Assembly (NCBI RefSeq): GCF_009914755.1
Contig: NC_060932.1
Origin: the human T2T-CHM13v2.0 reference genome, Homo sapiens
Length of the DNA: 64,000 bases
Strand: one strand, 5' to 3'
The translations under genes were made by a program, and so were the position numbers. The notes below the pieces were generated by a model. The model was not told the origin of the DNA, searched no databases, and was given only the letters and a program-made list of their open reading frames with translations. This document shows positions 21,351 through 38,054 of the stretch, piece by piece; the stretch's first letter is position 1; each line of letters opens with the position of its first letter.

Positions 21351-22419
21351 CTATGGAAACAATTATGTTAAGAGTTACAAACTTTGAAAATTTGAAGGTA
21401 CTGCTACCCCAAGCAAAAATTACATGAATTTTCTCCCACCCCCAAAGCAATCGATCATAATACTGGAAGCTTAAAAATTACTTCATCAAAATCTTTAGTA
21501 AAACTATCTCAAAGCGTATCTTATTGAGAAAAAGATATCCCCTGGAGTCGCCGCTCATCTAAAAATCACACTCCTGCTGGAAAGGAAGAGCTACAACTTA
21601 TTTGCTACAACTTATTTGCAAATGCATGGATATTGCAAATTGTATGAAGTAAAATATGAGACACCAACACATAATAAAAATGAATCTTACAGACAAGATT
21701 ATCATATATAGTAATTACTACATATAAAAATGTACATGGCTAACTTTTAAATTTTTTTGTAGAGACAGGGTCTCACTGTGTTGCCCAGGCTGGTTTCAAA
21801 CCCCTGGACTCAAGCAATCCTTCCGCCTCGGCTTCCCAAAGTGCTGGGATTACAGGCTGAGCCAAGGGGCCAGGCCTAAAATGGGACTTCAAACTCATCA
21901 TTGTTCCAATTTGAAAACTTACGGCTAACTAGTTTCATACTTAGAACTCCTCCCATCTCTCTGCCTATATTATCTATAACCTCCCCATTTGGTTATAAAC
22001 TTCCAAGGAAGGGGAATATGCCAAATTTTAACCACCCCTCCCCACCATCAGTCCCATAATAATTCTGAAAGATTTTAACTGAGCAGTTAAAAATTTGAGT
22101 TTAAAATAATGAAACCCCTAGTTCATGTGAAATATATCATATGCATTAATGCCATTCCAATTCCCTGACAAGAATAAACAGAGGCCCACGAGCAGTCTAA
22201 TAGAAATACCAGAACTGAGACTACAACATGCCGACAACCTTCATTGACGTTATGCAGATACAACGGGCAACTGAGAAATAAACATTTTTAAACAAAAACC
22301 TAAACAGTATGAAATCTCTGCTTCTGAGTCGTAGAACTTTTTAAATCACACACCACACTTTTCAAAGTCTGAAAGGGGCAGCCTCAAGCGCTGTTGTATC
22401 TGTCATCGCCTACAGGGAG

Positions 22420-23150
22420 AATAATTTCACAGCGGTCAAGGTTCTTTCCCGTCCTGTTTTACATTTCGCACAAGAAGGGCGGGTAGCAGGCAGCTTCTGG
22501 GGCGCGTGGGGGCAAACCCCACTCCTTCTCTGACAGCCCCAGTTAAGGATAGTGGAGGTTTGCAAAATGGAAGGGACCTGTCCGGGCGTTCCAGGCACAG
22601 TGGCCCCGAGTTCTTTCCTCGGTTCACCACATTCCTTAGGCAGCGCGGGGCCGCCACCACTTAAGTTAAGGGGGAGCCGGAACCCACTGAGTAGGAAGTG
22701 AGGAGCGGGAGCCAGGACCACGGGGGTACCTCGAAGCCGCGGAATCGACAGGGGCCGCAATGCCCGCGGCTGCCCGAAGTCCCCGCAGGGAGACGAGACC
22801 CCGGGGCGGCTCCACGTCGGAAAGGCAGAAGGCGCCACAGTCGAGCAGCCAGCGCCATGACCTGCAACTTGCGGGCTGACCCTGCACTACTTCAGGCAGC
22901 TACGGAGGCGGGCGGGGCTAAAGGAGATTCAATCCTTCCGGAAAGAACCGCGCCCGCCCGCCTCCTGCACAGCACCTCTTCCGCCTCCTGCCCAGCACCT
23001 CTTCCGCCCCCATGGTTTCCGGTGCACGGGCTTAGGGGGTGGGAAATACCCCGATTGGGTGGGACTTAATGGACTTTCCGCGCCTGCGTCCAGGACTGAG
23101 GCCGTGAGAGCGCTCTCTTCAGGCGCTCTGACTTGTTTCTGCTCCATCTC
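22420..23150. promoter_or_regulatory. CpG island / RMDN1 promoter
   Basis: High GC and CpG density around exon 1; GC boxes (GGGCGGGG) and several ETS-type CGGAA/TTCCG cores at 22934-23022. Confidence 0.85.
22730..22858 (-). CDS. RMDN1: RMDN1 coding exon 1 (aa 1-43, MALAARLWRLL...RFRGFE)
   Basis: ATG at 22858 (GTC ATG G); 129 nt = 43 codons; ends GAG|GTACCC; translation matches my recollection of the human RMDN1 N-terminus; lies in a CpG island. Confidence 0.95.
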
Positions 23151-24249
23151 TCTAGGGGGTCTTTCATGGTTTGGGCACAAGGATTCGTCGCCAGAATAGA
23201 ACTGAAAGCTCGGAAATAGACCCGAGAATACAAGTATGCCAGAAAAAAAATTGTCATTTTAATTATCTGCTGCCTTCAAAAGTAGATTGAATCTTGGTAC
23301 TAGTGGGTCTTTTTTGGAAGTAAATAATTGGAAGAATTATGTTGCCCAACATGAAGAAGGGAAAGTCTCAGTCTCTTCGACTGAGCGACTCAAGGGGGTA
23401 GATTCAAGAGAGAGTCCAGAGCAAAGAAACAAAAAATGCAAAGCGTTTTGGGAAGAGGAACTAGCGGGAGGAGGCCTCTGGAAAGGATACTGATGCCCTT
23501 GAATGCTAGGGCATGTGTAGTAAAAAACAGAAACAAAAACAAACCCTGGTCTCCCCTAAAATTCTTCAATAAGATGTTTTACTTACTCGAGCAAAGTATT
23601 TTATTTTACTCGAGTAAAATAAAATTTCTTGCTCGAGTGGAATTCTTTTGTGGGAAAATGAAGAAATTTTGGATCCTACTTGAGGCCTGATCAGGGTGGG
23701 TGGAAACACAGACTGCAAAGGGAGTACCTACTATATGGGTTTAACGAAAAATCTTATGGGTAATAAGGGAGGCGAGTCATGGTTTTAAAAAATTAGGTTG
23801 CATTTCTATGGTACTTTTAATACTGTATAGGGAATTAATACATAGTCGTATTGATCTTCCGAACTACCTTGTGAAGTAAGTGGTATCCCAGGTTTACAAA
23901 TGAAAAAACTGTAACTCAAAGAGATGTATTAACCTAACCAAGGATATGTTAGAAGACAGGAATCCATGTCTTTCTACTCTGAGTCCAGTGCTCCTTCTAC
24001 TATATGATTGCTACCTCCACTAGTCCCATTAAATCAGCTGTATTTCTTTAGGATTATGTCTTTAAAGTCTATCTTTAAAAATATATAGATCTCCTTCCCA
24101 ACTTCTGAAACCTAGCTGTTTTTTCCCAAAGACAGAATCACTTTTATTTTATGCATTTCTACTGGCAGCTACCCCCTCAACATTGCTAAATGTTTATGCC
24201 ACTGGATACCATGATAACAGTGAAATTAAGTTTCTGATATCTCTGCTAG

Positions 24250-24997
24250 AGTGAATTTGTAATTAAGTTTTTAGCTTTGAAAAAAAAATTAGATCCTAAG
24301 AAAAGTTGCAGGAACTCCCATATATTCTTCAGCTAGATTCAGCCATTGTTACCTTTTTCTCACATTTGCTTTATCTTTCTTTACATATCTTACCTATAAT
24401 ACACATATTATATTCCTAGTATTTTCTGTTGTAAGGCCTTTTGAGAGTAGATTACAGATATCATGACTCTTCAGTCTTAGAAACAAGACATTCCCTTACT
24501 TAGTCCCAGTTTAATTATCAAATTCAGGAAACTGAAATTGACAGAATACTATTATTTAATATACAAATTTTGTTTAATTCCCAATACTGTCCTTTATACT
24601 AATGATTTTTTTTTCTAAATTCAAGATCAAATCTTGATAATGTCTTGCATTTGTTATGTTTCTACTTTCTTTAAATCTTTAAATCGTCAGCCTTGGTCTT
24701 TCACGACATTAGTATTTTTTAAATGTATAGTCCCATCGGTTTAAAGCAGGGTTTCTCAGCCTTGGCACAATTGAACTTTTGGGCTGAAGAACTCCTTCAG
24801 CCCGTCAGGCCATCAGATGATTGCAGCCTTGGCCAATATCTGACTGCAACATCAAGAGAGATGATGAGCCAGAAGCACCCAGCTAAGCCACTTCTAAATT
24901 CCTAAACCACAGAAGCTATGACAGATAATAAATGATTGTTCCTGTTTTAAGCCACTAAATTTGATGTAATCTGTTACACAGCAACTGATAACTAATA
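24250..24997. mobile_element. Mosaic: antisense L1MC-like fragment (~24250-24730), MER20-like end (~24745-24786), MLT1 LTR 3' half (~24790-24997)
   Basis: CAGGGTTTCTCAGCCTTGGCAC; TTTTAAGCCACTAAATTTG...TTACACAGCAACTGATAACTAATA. Confidence 0.6.
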
Positions 24998-25078
24998 TAA
25001 CAGCCAAGTAAAGCATAGAGAGTTGGAGTGTGGAGTTTCAGAGGAAAGGTGTGGAAGTTTGATAACCTTAAGAATATA

Positions 25079-28389
<3,311 letters not shown>

Positions 28390-28499
28390 TCTTCTCAGTT
28401 CAGATATGGCATAAATTTTCTCAAATATTTAAATTATTTAATCCTTAAGGAATTTATTTTGGTGCACCAAACCACTTACCTTAAAGTCAGTTTTGCCTT

Positions 28500-29300
28500 T
28501 TCAGTAAGCGACTGGCCTCCAGAATGGCCTCGAAGCGCCAGCCTACTGGCAAGGAGCTGACATGCAGCCCGGAGTCAGCTCCCTGCGGATGGGCTGATCC
28601 TCGCGCAGGCTGTGCGGGGCGGGGCGCGCACTGGACCCGCCCCATCCCCGCCCCCTCCCCGCCCCCTTGCTCTGCCAGTCCAGCCCTAGGTTCTCCTGAA
28701 TCCCTGCGGTCCCAGCGTCGCTCCGGACGCTGCCAACCTGTTCTCCACCGTCGCTCGACTTCCACCTCTAAGACTCCCACGTGAGTGCGGGCGTCTCCCA
28801 GTTCCTGGGCCGGTGAGGCAGCAGCCCAGCAACCGTACCGCCCGGGGGAAAAGGAAAGTCCTGGCCTGGAGGATCCGAGCCCGCAGGCTCCGTGCGGCAG
28901 GTCCCGCCGGGCCCTGCTGCTGGAAGTGCTCCGTGGGCTTCGCGCAGCTGGGGATCGGCAGGTCGCGGGGAGGCTCCCGAGCTAGGTCGCGGCCTGGCTG
29001 GACCCAGGCACCGCCGACGCCTCCTGGAGGAGCCCGGGCTCGGGGCTCAGCTCCGGGCCGCAAGGCCCCGCCTGGGCCTGGCGCTCGCGCACCTGGGGCT
29101 GGGGATAGGCTGGGATCCGCCCTCCTTCCCTGGGCGGAGAGGGTCGGGCTTGTGGCCCAGAGAAGGGTGACAGGTCCCGAAATCGCTGCAGCACCACGCG
29201 GGGAGAGGGATAGGGTACCCACACCACGTCCGTGGTGAAGCCAATGCCCAGTTGAGCGGGGGGCGCGCGCTTCAGAGCACCCGAGAAGCTGGCAGATGGA
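28500..29300. promoter_or_regulatory. CpG island / CPNE3 promoter, probably bidirectional
   Basis: Very CpG-rich; clustered Sp/KLF GC boxes at 28616-28666; good splice donors face outward on both strands (28781 +, 28479 -). Confidence 0.88.
28690..28780 (+). other. CPNE3: CPNE3 non-coding exon 1 (start approximate)
   Basis: Downstream of the GC boxes; ends CAC|GTGAGT; contains no ATG. Confidence 0.75.
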
Positions 29301-29609
29301 GTGGGAAGAGGTGACTCTTGATTTCAGGGTAAACAAGGAGATTGTGAGAAGTAGTCTAGCAGCTCCCGTTTCTCCTCCAGCTTCAAGATTCTTCTGTCTA
29401 GTGTTTTGGGTTCCCTACACCAGGATTGTGGAGGAAGCGCACGGCCAGAACCCGTTGGGACCGAGCAGATCAACCATTTATGTTGCACTTAATGATCATC
29501 TGCACTTTTTGCATATCCTTAGTGTTGTCTTTGTGAGGCCACCTCTATAATGGATAATCAAATAGAGGGAAGGGCGGGATTGAATATTGTGACTTGATTT
29601 CAATGTCCC

Positions 29610-30030
29610 ACAACAACTGTGCTAGACAGTTTTTATATGTTAGGTTATTTAACGCTCCCAAGCACTTATTAAAGTGATGTTACTCTGTTTCATTCTCCAG
29701 GAAACTCAGGTTGAATAATTCATCAAATTACACAACTGGTAAGTGGTGGCATTAGGGTTTGGAATTCAAGTCCGTATGGTTTTAGGGCACAGGCTTTATT
29801 GCTTAATGTAAAAGAACATTATTCTTTGGGATAAGCCAGATACCTAGGTTTCAAATCTATGCTATGAGGGCTGTTAGCTGTATGACCTTGGGCAGGATAC
29901 TTCACCTTTTAGGGCCTGTTTCTGCATTTGTGAAATAGAGATAAAATGTCACAAGGTTGCTATGAGAATTAAATTAGATCCTACTTGTAAAACATTTAGC
30001 AAAGTGCTTGACACGTAGTTAGTGGTAAGC
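29610..30030. mobile_element. Two adjacent, oppositely oriented MIR remnants (~29610-29795 and ~29810-30030)
   Basis: GGAAACTCAGGTT...ACACAACTGGTAAGTGG and AGCTGTATGACCTTGGGCAGG...TTTCTGCATTTGTGAAATAGAGATAA MIR cores. Confidence 0.72.
29701..29738 (+). other. CPNE3: CPNE3 non-coding exon 2 (38 nt, MIR-derived)
   Basis: CTCTGTTTCATTCTCCAG| acceptor and CTG|GTAAGT donor. Confidence 0.72.
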
Positions 30031-32860
30031 TATATATAGCCACATATATCCTGATGTCATTAATAAGGGTCAGCAAACTAGCTCTCTGTGTGTGCTGCCA
30101 GCCAGAGCCAAACAGAACTTGTGCAAGCCTAGAACATAGGTAGAGGGAAACAGCAAAGGATGGGAAACGAAAAGGGAACTGAAAACAGATGACATATATA
30201 ATGGCAATTATAGTGACAACAATAGATGTCTCAGTCATTGATCTGTGGTACCCAGGGCCACTTTTTGCCTTTGCGAGAATTATTAATAGGTCAGTTCCTT
30301 TTGGCTGATGAATTGGAAAAATACATCCCACTCTGGGCTGAAAAATTTCAAACTCTGGGACTGGATCATTTTGAGACTCTAGATGTGAGGTGGAGCTGAA
30401 TTTTAGGACCCCACAGACCAAAAGGTGCCTGGCACAAACCCCACAATGAAGTCTGCAGTTCTCTTTCAGGATTTCTTCTTTCAGGTCTAGTCCCTGAAGA
30501 ATAGGAAGGGAGAGGAGGCTCCAGGACGGGAGAAACAGAAGGAGTGTTTGCCATTAAGGGTTGCATAATGACTGGACACCTCTTCTAATTTTACCTATAA
30601 CTGTGAACACTTTATAGACAATGGTCTTCATTTTCATATAAGTTTATGGCAACCTATTATACATTTTAAAATATTTTATTTTCTATGCTCTTTATGATGG
30701 TATCACTGCTGCCCTGGGTATTTCCCTTGCAGCATCTGTTTCGGTACCTAGTTCATATTGTACTCCAACACCTATCAATTCTTTTATTTACTTATTTATT
30801 TATTTTATAATAAAGATGAGATCTTACTATGTTGCCCAGGCTGGTCTTGAACTCCTGGGCTCAAGTGAACCTCCTGCCTTGGCCTCCCAAAGTGCTGGGG
30901 TTACAGGTGTGAGCCACCACACCCGGCCCTATCAATTCTTGGTATGGCTTATCCATTGTTTCCTTTGCCTTCTTTATTTTTTGGTACTATCACTGGGCTT
31001 TTTTTCTTACTATTGTTAGAGTTTTCTCTTTTTTCCTCCCTTTCAAATGTTCTTTAGTCAGTGATTTATTATGCTAGAAAGTATGCCTGTTAGCAAAACT
31101 ATAAAAGTTAATGTTAGATGTGAAAAATGATTATATGTCATTTGACCTTCAAAGATTCATAATGCCACCACTGCTCACCAAAGCATGATATTTCAGGTGG
31201 ATCTTTTAGCAAGACTCAATGTCACTTCCATTGGTGGTACTCAGTGACCTGCAGGAGTCCTAACTAGAGCATTCCTTTACTGTACCCACCATTACCTTCA
31301 GCCTACACTCTAGCTTCCTTCCCACCAATATTTTCCCTTCTTGTTCTTGCTTGTGAGTGGGAATCATATTGGGGTTTTTTTTGGAGAGACTATTTATTCT
31401 TTTAATATAACAGCTTAGCAGTATGCAATCATAACTTTTTAAAAGACATTAAAATTCATCAGTATTATGGTCACATTTACCAATATGAATTAGGTGGATA
31501 GCATATTAGTAAGTTTCCTCATAAAAAAAAAGAAGGAAATACTACATACTCATTTTAGTAAATCATTTTGAAATGTCTCTTGCAAATGGTTGTATTATAT
31601 CTAGTTCCTGTGAAAATTACCAGAGCAACTGTGTGGTTTTCTGGACACATTGTTATCCGGCTATTTCACCTTCCCTGGCTTTTAGTTTACCACGCCTTTA
31701 GACTTCAAGGTGACGGTCAGTACCTGTTAAAAGAGGTACCTGCAACTGTAAAGAGGAACTTACTTATCTGTCCACATTTTCATGTTTATGTGTCAGAATT
31801 TTTTAAAAAGAAGTGAAAATTAAGACAAATACTTCCTGATGGTATTGTCAAAACAATTTTATAAAATATGTAAAATTGCACCCCACCTTCAGTACTTCTT
31901 GTTCTCCTTCTTTATTGTTCCCTGTAGCACTTACTGCCACCTAATATACTATATATGTTACTTATTTGTCTTCATTGTTGTCTGCCTTCCTGCAGTGTAA
32001 CTAACCTCTCCCTGATGGGGATGGTGGCCTGCTTTGTTTATTGTTGGCTCTCCAGCACCTTAGAACAGTGCCTGACACACAGTAGGCAATCTATAATATT
32101 TGTTCAATAAGTGTTGAATGAATTAATAGTACTATTAAACTGCTCATGATTGGGAAATATAAAGGGATTTGCCCTAATTAAAAACAGCTGAAACGATGTG
32201 TTAAGCAACCAGGACATGAATATTCTTGAAATCAGGAAATGTATAAACATCTCAACAGCCTTTGCCCAATATACAAACTTTTTAAACCTTGAGAACCACA
32301 TGGTTGTGGTTGTTGCTGCTTTAAACTGAAGGCATTTTTAGATTATTTGTTCACCGTGAACTAGAAAGGAGCACACGGTGATGAATTGTGAAGTGCCCAT
32401 CTTGCCCAATTAAATATACATGCTCCCCTACAAAGAAAAGGAAAGGAGTCAAATTTTGGAAAGCATGCATTTAGAGTCGGGGCATGGTGGACACCGGGGC
32501 AGGTGAGAGGTTCTGGTGGCTGGTTCAACATCTGGGAAATTCCAGAAGGGGGGAAATTCTTAATGTGGTCTGAGGGGAATGAGAACCCCAGGAGACTTCA
32601 GTCTTCACAGGTTGGTGTACCTTAATATCAGATCCAGCCTGCCTGCTGCACAGCTGGCCAGCAGCTTTACTTAGTCCTTATAATGGAAAACTTTTCAACT
32701 GAACACTTGGGATTTTCAGCTAGGGGATGCAGCACTGATTTTCATTGAGGGTAAACGGTGATTCACTTTGTAGACATGTATTTTATAGCCAGCTTTGCCA
32801 AGATGCATGTTCCATAAAGTGGGACAGTAGTGAGACATCACCACTGCTTCTTTTTTTCTT

Positions 32861-33315
<455 letters not shown>

Positions 33316-33877
33316 TAATAACTTTTATTAATACCTCACTAAATGAACCTATGATGAACTGTTGAATTGATGGACTTGAAAATACAATCAGTGATACTTC
33401 CAAAATGTATATACAGTAGCCAAGGGATTAGAAAAGTGGTAAAACCTGAAACATATGTTAAGTAAACTTTGTAGCCAGTTATGAATCATGGAATAGAACA
33501 ATACCAGGATTTTAGAGAAATTAATGAAGGGTCTTTAGTTGATTGCTTACTTTGTAATGATAAAGAGAAGGTAAAACTGCACCTACTTTTTATTTTTGAA
33601 GTTAGAGTGATCACACCTGTTAATTCCTGCTTTCCTCCGTTCTGCATGTCCAAGCATCAGCAATGGTATCACTATTTAGATCCTGCTCAAGATAGTTTAA
33701 GAATCTGGAAACTTTTTGAAGTGTGGCTAAAAGCTGATTTATTTTGCTGCCATGATAGATGCTAAGAGCTTAATAATGTGAGATTTCATGGATGCTAATA
33801 AAATTTATTTCCTTATTGTGCTGCATCTACTTAATAGACTGGGCCCTGTGGTTTGTTTGTTTATTTAAGTCATCTGA

Positions 33878-34177
<300 letters not shown>

Positions 34178-36787
34178 TGACCTCAGACCATCCGCCCGCC
34201 TCAGCCTCCCAAAGTGCTGGGATTACAGGCGTGAGCCACCGCACCTGGCCCCAGATATAGCTTTTTTGATAGAGATGGAGACTGAGTTTGGAAAACTTTA
34301 TCCTTTTTCTTCCATTTCTCCTTTTTGTACTTATAAATATTCTAATGTTTTCTATTCATTTTAAAAAATCCTTTAGTACCACTTCCTAAACAAGTTCCAT
34401 ATTCACTGTAATTAAATTAGGGTTATAGTACATTAATGGAAAAGACCTTAAGAATTACTTAAAGAAAGGGATTGACTCAACTCTTAGGTTTAACAGCTGA
34501 AGGCTGGGCGCAGTGGCTCACGCCTGTAATCTCAGCATTTTGGGAGGCCAAGGTGGGCAGATTACAGGCGGATTACCTGAAGTCAGGAGTTCGAGACCAG
34601 CCTGGTCAACATGGTGAAACCCCGTCTCTACTAAAAATACAAAAATTAGCTGGGCGTGATGGCAGCGCCTGTAATCCCAGCAACTCAGGAGGCTGAGGCA
34701 GGAGAATCACTTGAACCCAGGAGGCGGAGGTTGCAAGTGAGCCAAGATCTCCATTGCACTCCAGCATGGGCGACAAGAGTGAAAGTCCATCTCAAAAAAA
34801 AAAAAGATTTAACAGCTGAAAAAACCTGAAGCCTGGAGAAGTTACAGCAGTTGCCCAAATGCCTGCCATTGTGGTGTGACTAACACAGAACCAGGCATTT
34901 CTTTTTTTTTTTTTTTTTGAGACGGAGTCTTGCTTTGTCACCCAGGCTGGAGTGCAGTGGCGCAATCTTGGCTCACTGCAACCTCTACCTCTGGGTTCAA
35001 GTGATTCTCCTGCCTCAGCCTTCCAGGTAGCTGGGACTACAGTGCACCATGCCCAACTAATTTTTGTGTTTTTAGTAGACACAGGGTTTTGCCATGTTGA
35101 CCAGGCTGGTCTCAAACTCCTGACCTCAGGTGATCTGCCCAGTCCATTTCTTTTGACACCTGATCCAGTGATTCTTCCTTTTTGTTTCTTTTTTGTTTTG
35201 TTTTATGTATATTTATGCTTGACATTATTCCCTATCTTCATTTCTGGTATCCTGTGGTAGTGATTAAAAAAATACATCTGGGCATCACTTTGTTACTAAA
35301 TACAGAACAAGCGTAGTTTAAATTCTTTTAATGTGAGTTTTTTACTCTCAGAGTCTGGATATTAAGTGCAGTATATTCCTGAGAATAAATGTTGCTGCTC
35401 TAAGACGATCTAATGGCACCTACACACATGGCAGACCTGTGTGTGTAGAGACACACTAGCAAGGAGAACTTGCTTTCTTAGCCTTAAGTAATTTACAATT
35501 TAATGGGTTATCTTGAAGAGGAACTGCTATGAGGTAAATAAAATATAAACCATTCCAGTTCTTCCATTCTTTGGCAAGCTTTTGTTATTCTGGTTACGTT
35601 TGTTTAAGAACCATATAACTAGTTTTAGCCTCAGTATTAACCTTGTAATTTTAAAGTTCCTATTTTATTAATTTGTGTCAGGCTGAATATTACTTTTGAT
35701 ATTAACAAGACTTAAGGAAATTAATAGAGAATATTGCTGTTATACTAAGTAACTATTTTTTGATATTGTTTTTAATTGAAAAATCATAATTGTTTACATC
35801 TATGGAGTTTATTTATTTTTACTAATACTATTTTTACTTGACAGCTAATTAACTATTAATTAGAGGCTTTAGTGCTCTGAAGGGATTTTGGCATAAAGGG
35901 GAAAATACCTGGGTTTATGCTGTGGTGGTGACACTTACTAGCTTTGTGATCCCATGTAAGTAATTTAACCTTTTTGAAGAAATTTATATTTTTTTCCTAA
36001 TATATACTATGCATTATTTTGAAGATTAACAATGTGCTGAAAATTATCAACATATTCTGGGTCAATCAATTCAGACACTGGAGTGCCTTATATTATAGTC
36101 ATACCTGTGACATATGGACCTTCCACCATGTAGTAATCATTATCCTGCCTAACTCACAGAGTTTTTGTAAGGTTCAGAAGATAATATATTATTTGGAAGC
36201 ACTTTGAAAATTGTAAAAAAAAACAAAATCTGTCCAGTTGTATGGAATTATTAACTATCTTTTCTTTCCCCTTATTCTTCTACTCCCCACTTTCTTACTG
36301 TCTACCCTTGAATGTAAGGGTGAAAAAGAAATCTGGTAGTCAGTAGCAATAATACTGCAAATTCTTTTTGTAGTGGAGTATAGTTTTAATCGTCAGTAAA
36401 AGTAGAAATCTCTGGGGAGCTTCTTCAGCTCCAAGAGCACTTTGATTGTTCCCTGTCTGTACCACACAATTTTATACTCTTGTATACTATTTCTATGTAT
36501 ACATAGTTAGCTAAGTAGCTAAGTATTTATTTCGTTTTTGCCTCCCCCAACCCTCACTTTTGGAACACCTAGAAAGTATTCAGTAAGTAATTGTTTTATG
36601 AATGGGTCTCCCCAATTTGATTATAATGAGCTACAAGCGCTTCTGTTGCTGTATAATGTCCCTGCTGTCCTTAGCAAAATAATGGGTTTACAGTAACCTG
36701 GTAATAAATACATTTGCTAGTCTGACCTGGGAACTCTGAGGAGCATAGCAGCCTTTGGATTTACAGCCATATTACCTGACGCCCGCT

Positions 36788-36818
<31 letters not shown>

Positions 36819-37762
36819 GTAGGGGAACACTTATTACTATTCTGAGCAACACAATTTGAGAAACACTGCCTAGGGTGTGTATTGCTGATGTTGCTGGGCC
36901 GGTTCCAGCTGCCCCAGGGTTGCCCTTGCTTGCTTTCAATAGCGGTCAGGCAGGATGTACTGCAGAATAGCAGTTAGTGAATCATGGTATTAGAACCAGA
37001 AAGAACTTCTGAGAATTTTTTACATTAGGCCAGTCTCTTCATTTTTCAGCTGAAGACTGAAGGAACTTTACTAAAGGGATTTGTAGATAGGCACCGACTT
37101 CTCCTTCACAATTGTTTTAGGACACATTTTGAGTCACTGACATGAGCCTGCGCTCCCCTCACCTGCGTACCTTATCTATACTCAAGGCTGACTATTTCAC
37201 CAAATTAATTTTATGTAAATCCCAAAAATCATTATTGTTTCAAGAAGCTTTTCATAAGTAAGGATGAGAAAGCTGCTTTATGTCTTACTACTTAATAACA
37301 AGCCATCTATGCTGAGACAATCAATTAAAATCCCTGACTCAGTAATAAAATAATTGCTACAATTCATAGAGTGTCTATTATATGCTGAGCATGCTATAGA
37401 CCTACAGTTGTCAGGGTTTTTATTAAGTTTATTTTTCTCTCTTAGCCTTATTTACATTGAAGGACTAGTGTCAGGGTTTTTTAATATCCCCATTTTATAA
37501 ATTAGGAAATTGAAGTTCAGATAGACAATTTGGCAGAGGTGACACATCCAAATTAGTGATGGGAAAGAAATTTGAATGACACACACTGACTCCAGCATTA
37601 TTGCTCTTTCTGCTACAAATAACCTGTGCCAGATGTCATGCTTCAGGAAGAAGAGGAAGTGGTAAAATATGTTCGCTGCCCACAGTTCACAGTATATAGA
37701 CGGAGTGATGAGCCACAAATACAAGTAACAATAGTGGAAAGAAAATAGAATCAGTGCCATAA

Positions 37763-38054
<292 letters not shown>

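Noticed and set aside
28487-29550. Overlapping ORFs up to 216 aa in the CPNE3 CpG island (similar ones at 22410-23257)
   Set aside because: Expected stop-codon scarcity in GC-rich DNA; low-complexity Arg/Gly/Pro/Ala products with no recognisable domain
36750-36820. TTTACAGCCATATTACCTGACGCCCG before a long T run, faintly like the 5S rRNA 5' end
   Set aside because: Only about 25 nt of gapped similarity, and the T tract is on the wrong strand for a sense retrocopy tail
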